Origin: Bugula neritina | Taxonomy: Eukaryota; Animalia; Bryozoa | Direction of reading: 5' to 3' | NCBI GenBank assembly: GCA_964035545.1 | Contig: OZ037771.1 | Coordinates: forward strand, 14,445,133-14,509,132 | DNA length: 64,000 nt | Shown here: positions 38,753 through 64,000 of the stretch, one piece after another | Position numbering within the stretch: position 1 is the first letter of the stretch | How the letters are laid out: the number at the start of each line of letters is the position of its first letter | Translations under genes and position numbers: made by a program | The notes under the pieces: generated by a model | Databases searched by the model: none | What the model was told of the DNA's origin: nothing | What the model saw: only the letters and a program-made list of their open reading frames with translations

Positions 38753-40083
38753 AAAAAATCGTCACGCAAAGCTTTGAACCTCACAGTGTAGTAGGCGGAG
38801 CTTGTTTGTTTACAAAATATTAACCTGAAACTCCCCTACATTCAACGCTAGGGATATCCAGTATTTTGTTGAGAGAGGTTATTATTCAGCTGGTTAGATC
38901 AAATAATATTTTTGAAAGCACAACGCCACATTCAGCGAATACCTTTTTTTTGAAGAGCAAATGTATGTTTTTCTAAATCTAATACTACTGATATTGATAG
39001 TGATAGTGATGAAGATTAAATTTAATATTATTTATCTTATAGTTATTAAAACTATTACTATTAGTATTACTATTAGTATTACTATTAGTATTACAGATTA
39101 CTTATTTATATTTAGTTTTTGATGAGTAATAAATATAATTTGACAATTTTTTACTAATTACTTCAACTTGAACTTGAAACTCAATATAAAAGTAAATGCT
39201 ATGACGATGGTTATAATTACTACAATATCAATATGAATATAAAATTCAATATCAAAATGATAATGAATATCCTCTTACTTCTTACTGTTACTATTAAAAA
39301 TGTAAGGTATAATTATAGACCTAAATATACTAAATTTAGCATATTTATATAAATATATAATTATATTCCTGTACAGTTGAGTTATCCTAGTCATAGGTAT
39401 GCTCACAGTATGGGTGTTACATGTACTATCAGCATGAATATGACTATACCTATAACTTGTAGGAATAGAGTTGACATATGGTTATACTTTCAAAAAGAGA
39501 AACACAAATATAAACAATAACTCAATAGCCAATAACTAGAAGTTATTGACTATTGAGTTATTATTTGTGTTGGTATTAAACTGCTTGTATAGCTCTATAG
39601 TCTGTAAGTGTGACTGTTACGGTTGATATGACTATAAGTATTAGTTACACCAATGTCATTGTTACTAATATTATAATTAATAGTATTACTTACTTTTGGA
39701 CTATTAGTTTAGTATCACTGCACATAGTTAGGTAATACTGTCACTTATGTTCATAACTGTAACTGAGTATCTTTTATAGTTACAACTCAAAGTATCCCAC
39801 TTTGAATCTCGATGATAAATAAATTATAAACACCAGGTGACTAGCTGTGCTGCTACTTGCGCAACATTAACTTTGAATCTGAATCTCACAACTACCTAAT
39901 ATAAGTTATTAGGGCAATAGGGTAACTCCACCAACTACAATGTTAATTTCGAAACTATGTCATTAGGGTCAAAGTATACGATAATTTAATAAATAAATTA
40001 TAATAAGTTTCCGTTCACATGGAATTCATTTTGCATCACTTTCATTATATTTCTGTTTATTCACTGTATGATTCATTAATTAA

Positions 40084-48398
<8,315 letters not shown>

Positions 48399-48477
48399 AG
48401 GTCATGTTAATGTAATTCTCAGTGTACTACATACACTTTTACAAGTGGTTGTCTGCAATAAATGTACTTTTTGTGTC

Positions 48478-48815
48478 AGAGGGTGTCATATTTGTCATGT
48501 TATAAGGTATCTGAAAGTGTGTCATATTTGACATGTTAGCAGGTGCCTGAAAGTGTGTCATACTTGGCATGCTAGCAGGTGTCTGCAAGTGTGTCATACT
48601 TGACATGCTAGCAGGTGCCTGAAAGCGTGTCATATTTGACATGTTAGCAGGTGCCTAAAAGTGTGTCATATTTGACATGTTAGCAGGTGCCTGGAAGTGT
48701 GTCATATTTGACATGTTAGCAGGTGTCTGCAAGTGTGTCATACTCGACACCCTAGCAGGTGCCTGAAAGGGTGTCATACTTGACACGCTAGCAGGTGTCT
48801 GCAAGTGTATTATGT
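48478..48815. repeat. 36-bp minisatellite downstream of the TMEM144 stop codon
   Basis: About nine units of GTGTGTCATATTTGACATGTTAGCAGGTGCCTGAAA. Confidence 0.93.
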
Positions 48816-51343
48816 TTGTCAACTGGTTTTCTTTCTGTAACTTTTGTCCAACAGATACTTATAATTGGGTTTCTAAATTTTCTATGCAAATAGTAAAAAT
48901 ATTTTTGCAAATATGCAGTTTATTTCAAAGTCTGCTCAAATTCACCTTCAAATAGCAGTAACAACAAATGGCCATTAAAAGTCTGCACAGATGTATTATA
49001 ATTTCTTTATTTTATTTATGTAGTAATTTATTAAGTGTATTGTTTGTTCTATCATACCAGATATTTATTTGAGGCGAGACAAATTAGCAGCTATAATGCT
49101 TAATGGTCCAGGACTAGTATTACTATGGACACCTCAATTAATAATGTTTCAATGAGTGCAATTTTTTTGCACCCCATACAATTTCACTTTATCCAAGATA
49201 TATTGCTAACTGTATATACTTTATACGAAATATGTTTGTAACATTTGGTTCAATTCTGTTGGTAGTTTATACCTTATTCTATGTTTAATTTTTGTTCTGC
49301 TCAATTCTTGCGATAGTCTTGTTTAAAAAGTATATTTTTGAAAAATTACTTTTTATATTCTCTTTGTTCTTGTATTGTTTTGGGCAATAAAATTGTTTTT
49401 GTAACCTAAAAGTATGTATCAGATATTTTTCAAAGTGTCACATGACTATAAAGGATCTAGAGTTATTCTCTAAACACCTGTAAACCATTGCAATCTGTAT
49501 GTGTTCAGTAGTTGGGAACCAAAAATTATTATTTAATTTTCGTTAATTACTTTTGACTACATGTTTTGTGTTCTTCAATAACTATACGATATAATCTAGA
49601 CTCTAGAGTACTTCAAATTAAAACAAAAATACTGTTTAGAATAAAGTGCAATTACCTATATAACTTATTATAGGTCTAAAAATGTGAAAGAGAATTATAA
49701 TCCAACAAAAATTATATTGAAATTGAAAAGCATACAAAATGAACTATTTGATACTTATATTTAATACAATAAGTTAGATATATAAGTCCATGTATTGGCA
49801 GAGCAACTAGCAAATGTATACTGGCCTGCAGTATGTATAGACAGCCATTTCATTATGGGAAATGTTTCAAGCGAATCAACAATTGAACTGGAACTCATCT
49901 TTCATTATACTAGTTTACTGTTCACGCTTCAGTGGCTCAATAATACCATATCAAGGAGGATAACCCTTAAATGCACTTTGCACTAGTCAGTATTAGCAGT
50001 ATCTGCATATGATTGTTGAAACATTGCCTAACACACTATGCGCAATATTTTAGCAAATATCAAACTTATTATAAATGATTATGCTAGAAAATATAAATAA
50101 TATTGTACTACCTAGCGGCGATAGTTATTGCAGGTTTTATGACTATATTGTTTTTATTACAATACTCATGTTATTCTATACAAATTAGAAAAATGATGAG
50201 TTATTTGACAAGAAACAGTGTCGATTGATAATTTTGAATTTCCCTAAACCCTTCATCTTTGAATTTCTATTCCTCTCTCCAGTTAAGACAGAAAGAAGTA
50301 GGTACAGTAATGGATAAGTTGAGAATAGCTTGCTTATGTAAATGTAGCAAAAGAAGTTATGCTCTCATGAGAATTTCATCCCTTCCTCCCCCCCCACAAC
50401 CAGAAAGCATTGAAAAATTAAAGAACTTAGATGATTACATTTTCTCTGAAACTGACCTACATAAATGACGTTCAGGAACTGTGTCTAACCAGATATATAG
50501 TATATAATATATACAATAGCACCCAACTAATTTCATAAATGGTCAATGTCAAGTAATAGACTTTTCCTAAATTACTATTGAATCAACAGTTTGTGCCTTA
50601 CTTCACGTGTAAACATGTAATGCATTTACATATCATTTGAGAGACACTTTTGATGCCTGACAATGAATTACACCATCAGACAAGCATATTATATCTCTAA
50701 AAGTTGAAATGCAATATTGCATCATTTCATTATTGAGGTTATAATAATGAAATAATACATTATATTATTGTATAAGTTCAAGTTTTATTACAGTTTTGAA
50801 ACTTTATTGTTGTTGGTTAAGCCAGTTTTATTTATTAGTACTTAATTTACTGCAATTATTTGAACTATAAATATACTATAGTAGCTATATTATACACTGA
50901 GCTATATATACATGTATATAGTAGTAGTATTATACACACAGCTATATATAATACTAGTTATATTATATTATATTGAGCTATATATAGTAGTAGCTATATT
51001 ATACACTAAGCTATTATATATAGTGGTATTATACACTGAGCTATTATATATAGTAGTAGCTACATTATATTAAATACTGATATTCCTACAGTAGTGTCTA
51101 TATACAGTAGTGTACTGAGCAGTATACAGTAGTGTACTGAGCAGTATACAGTAGTACTATCTATTCAATGTCATACAGGGGCTTATATTTCTTTTGTTGA
51201 CATACACAATACCCAGCCTATTAATCTATACTTCTCTATACAATAAAGTTTCTTCTGTGTGTAGCACGTTTACTGGTTCATTCATTCACCCAGTTGCTCT
51301 CAATATGTGCCGATAGTAAATCTCGCAAGTGGATCACCAAGTC

Positions 51344-60401
<9,058 letters not shown>

Positions 60402-61769
60402 TGCTGTGTTACTCGAAAGTTTTAGATTTACCTGCAAGAAAACCAGCTTTGTGTTAATGTACAGGTTTGGTGAGACTATTTATGACTTTGAGGTGGTGGC
60501 TATTCAATTTTATTACCGATGAATTTGTGAACAGATTGTCTGGCAAAGAGAATATTACTTATTGAAGTGACTATGCTGACTTTCAAATCCGCTGACTTTT
60601 TATAAGCATGGCTCACCTTGTTTTTGTTGGGGTGGGGCGGGCGCTGAAAAGCTTAAACAAAGCTTTAAAACTTTGTCAATAAAGTCTATAAACTTAGCTC
60701 ATCTAAGAGTTTTTGTTAGAGAATAAACTTACACCCATAGAAGAATTTAATCTTAACCGATAATTGCAGCAGCAAAAACATGGAAGAAAATTGTAAAGGT
60801 AGAAAATCGGAGTCAACGCAACTCTTATGTATTGCCCTTAGCAAGACTGCCAGCAAATATATCTTCTCATTGTTTGATTTATTACCTCTATGTACCAAAA
60901 CAAGTCTTTATAACAAATATGCATTGTAATATAATTATTCTATCGTGAAAAAAAGTTACGAATAAACTTATGTAATTGAAAATCTTATCTGTTAGAGTTT
61001 ATAATTTATACGTGAAGCCTTTAATTCACTTGATCAAAAATTTTGAAAACTGCTTCACTAAAACTACGAACTTTGCTGGAATTTGGACTCACTAGGAATA
61101 TCTAGTAAAGTGCAATATCTCAGCTGACTATTGCATCGTGTTTTCAGTTCATTCAACGTCTGCAGCACTTTCTATGCTTGTAAGATTAATATCACTTGCA
61201 TATTTATGTAAATAAAACATGCAAGCCTAATGAAAGCTGCAGTGGCTGCAACAGTAATATCTGCGTATATATTTTACCTCTTGTATTTGCAGTTATTACT
61301 CATTACTATAAACTACTCCCTCGAACCTTAGTTTAATTATCTTAATTATTACTGATCTTGTAGGTCAACTCCTTTTATGGTGCATGGATAAATATGCAAC
61401 AGGGGTAGCAACTAATCTTAAAATTTTTATTCTTGCTTTTTCATAAGATATTTTTACATTTCCCTTGGTTTAATTTTTTAATCTGCAATAAAATAAATAT
61501 ATATATACAATTTCTTTACAATATAATATAAAATAGCTTTGTTATTTCATTTAAAAAATGTAATCAGTTACTTAGCTTCTCGCTTCCATAAATAGACCAA
61601 TCACTGATCAGGTAGCACTCGTAGCAGAAGGCCATCAATGAAAGCTTATAGTCGGCCTATAATTGATAGAGCACTTGCTGGGATCTGCCACACTTGTGTT
61701 GAAGTTATCCAGGGATAAGGCTGTTGGGAAGTTACTTTCACATCTAAACATCAATATCCAGCACACAAA

Positions 61770-62159
61770 ATGGTAAGCAAAATATTCTATCATACTTTAG
61801 AGTGGCTAAAGCATTAAGTTATAGCAATAGCAGCAACAAAAGACAGCTTCCATTAATTGTATCTCGTTTTCTACATGATTTACACTTAAATCTAGTTTTA
61901 GTTTACAATACTTGTTATTTACTGGTCCTATGGTTGTAGTAAATAAAACTGTGTGACCTAATTTATATTGATCTCTTCTACTTCCTGTTTTCTGAACGAA
62001 TTATTTAACAAAACATTGTGCTTCCATAAATAGCTGGTTTTGAAGTTGACATACATTGCCAATAAATACATCTTCCTTTTTATACATATATGTAGATGCC
62101 TTGTTTATTTACTGTACTTGTATATTTGTAGGCCAAGCTTTCGTCAGATGAAATTGAAG
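61770..62159 (+). CDS. Myosin essential light chain (EF-hand family), first two coding exons; gene continues past the window
   Basis: AAAATG|GTAAGC (ATG-only coding exon, 61770-61772) and a 28-nt exon 62132-62159 with strong splice sites give M-AKLSSDEIE. This resembles molluscan ELC PKLSQDEIDD and the ATG plus ~28-nt exon layout of MYL6 and calmodulin-family genes. Only ten codons are available. Confidence 0.7.
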
Positions 62160-62399
62160 GTAAGTTTGATGGACATAGAGAACTAGTAGTTATCCCCCTT
62201 GAACATCACTGTAGGTTCTAGTCACAGCTTTATTTACTTTGTTTAAAATGCTTCTAGTTCTTAAAAAGCTTGAATTTTACGTGAAACAGAATTGAGTTTC
62301 CTGTAAAATGGTTATCTATGCATATGGTTTATAATAGCACATACAGTTTATAATAGCACAATGCAATGGCATTGTCTAATAGCACTTTGCTATTTCGTA

Positions 62400-62635
62400 C
62401 TGTGCTATTATACTCTATATATGCTATTATAAACTACATGCTATTTTAAACTATATGCAGGTTTAAAATATATGCTATTATAAATTATATGCTATTATAA
62501 ATTACATGCTATTATAAATGATATGCTATGATAAACTATATGCTATTATAAATGATATGCTATTATGAATGATATGCTATTATAAATGATATGCTATTAT
62601 GAATGATATGCTATCATAAACTATATGCTATTATG
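62400..62635. repeat. 19-bp degenerate repeat (TATGCTATTATAAATGATA)n
   Basis: Directly visible. Confidence 0.85.
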
Positions 62636-63159
62636 TAAATTATATATTACACTGCTCTATTAAAGAAGCTGTGTATTCTAAATAGGTTCAGTGATTTATC
62701 AACAGTATTTTACTTTGCTGGATAAATATTGAAAGGTATTTGCACAGTATCAGATTGCATGGTTCCACCTTGATGATCATACTACATGAGTAGAGGTCGT
62801 GTAATGATTATACTATGCAGTAGAGATCAGGGTCGGAAGAAAGCCAGTCAGTGGGTGCTGCAGGATTCCAACTGCCTGCATATCCTCAGCTAATTAACTG
62901 TAGCTGCTGCGGGCTGCAATACACCGGCCCATTCACTAATACCTCATGCATTGTACAGCACTAATTCATTACCTGCAAGTAATTAGATGTGAATGCTGCC
63001 TAATTAGTTGATGTATGCTAAGAGTATGCTGCTACAAGGTGTTAGGCAGGGGTGGGTAGTTACCCTTCCCTAGCACCTCGTATTCTACAGAGCTATGGCA
63101 TTCTCAGCAATTGTCTTATAATATACTGCATCTAATACTCTAAATATATTGTGTTTATT

Positions 63160-63471
<312 letters not shown>

Positions 63472-63667
63472 GCTATATAATATTTGCGTATTATTAGTGA
63501 TGTATACATGTTATGCAGAGTTCTATGCTGAGTACAATTAAGCAGAGGATTATGGGTATTAAATATCTCCCAGAATATTTGCAAGGAGTGGAGTGTATTA
63601 CATACAGTATACCTAGTATTCCTTAGATTATAAATATGCAGTGTTTACACACTTGAGCTAAGCTATT

Positions 63668-63677
63668 CCATATATGG
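63668..63677. promoter_or_regulatory. Perfect CArG box (SRF site) CCATATATGG in the putative myosin light chain intron 2
   Basis: Matches CC(A/T)6GG. An E-box CAGCTG lies about 20 nt downstream. Function is inferred from the muscle-gene context. Confidence 0.5.
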
Positions 63678-64000
63678 AACATGCCTGCACATAACAACAG
63701 CTGCTATGCTGGAAACTTGCAGGCTCTTCTATCATGGAAGTTTCAATTGTAAATCATTTAAGCAAGGGCATCTCTTATAGAAATAATAGCTGCCGAAATA
63801 AACATGAAAGCAGCCTTACCAAAAAGGAAAGTTTATCTCATATGCTGAAAATATTCAAAAGAGCATTTAAAAGAAAGTCTGCCATTGGTTGTTAAATTAT
63901 TAATTGACCAATAAAAGTCTAAGCTACTACACAGTTTTTTTCAACAACTGATTTATTTAAAAAAATATTAGGCTAACCAAAGATCTTTAATTTGCTTGTA

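Noticed and set aside
61570-63140. Minus-strand exon-like stretches, including a faint discoidin-like GYAGSWNPAAPTDWL at about 62850-62890
   Set aside because: Stops in all frames and no consistent splice chain. It may be a decayed pseudogene fragment, but I cannot support that without a search.

Overview
AT-rich, intron-dense animal genomic DNA, probably a lophotrochozoan invertebrate (inferred from the myosin light chain start and general style, not proven). Most ORFs in the supplied track are artefacts of tandem repeats or exon-intron read-through. Gene models assembled by hand from splice sites and phases, in order: the 3' part of a TMEM268-like gene (+); a tandem cluster of four related secreted precursor genes of amphipathic helical peptides (+, about 5.7-27.8 kb); an SLC22 organic cation transporter (-); TMEM144 (+); a divergent polypeptide GalNAc-transferase (+); and the first two exons of a myosin essential light chain gene (+). 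The four-gene cluster is the most interesting part. Each product has a signal peptide and helical Lys/His/Gly/Ala-rich modules separated by GKR, GKK-VEER, KR or monobasic R processing sites. The middle gene is an anti-Lepore-type chimera, two copies use a GC-AG intron, gene-conversion tracts are visible, and two MITEs have their empty sites preserved in the paralogous block. A second theme is that many intronic tandem repeats are built from the splice junction itself, creating arrays of decoy splice sites.
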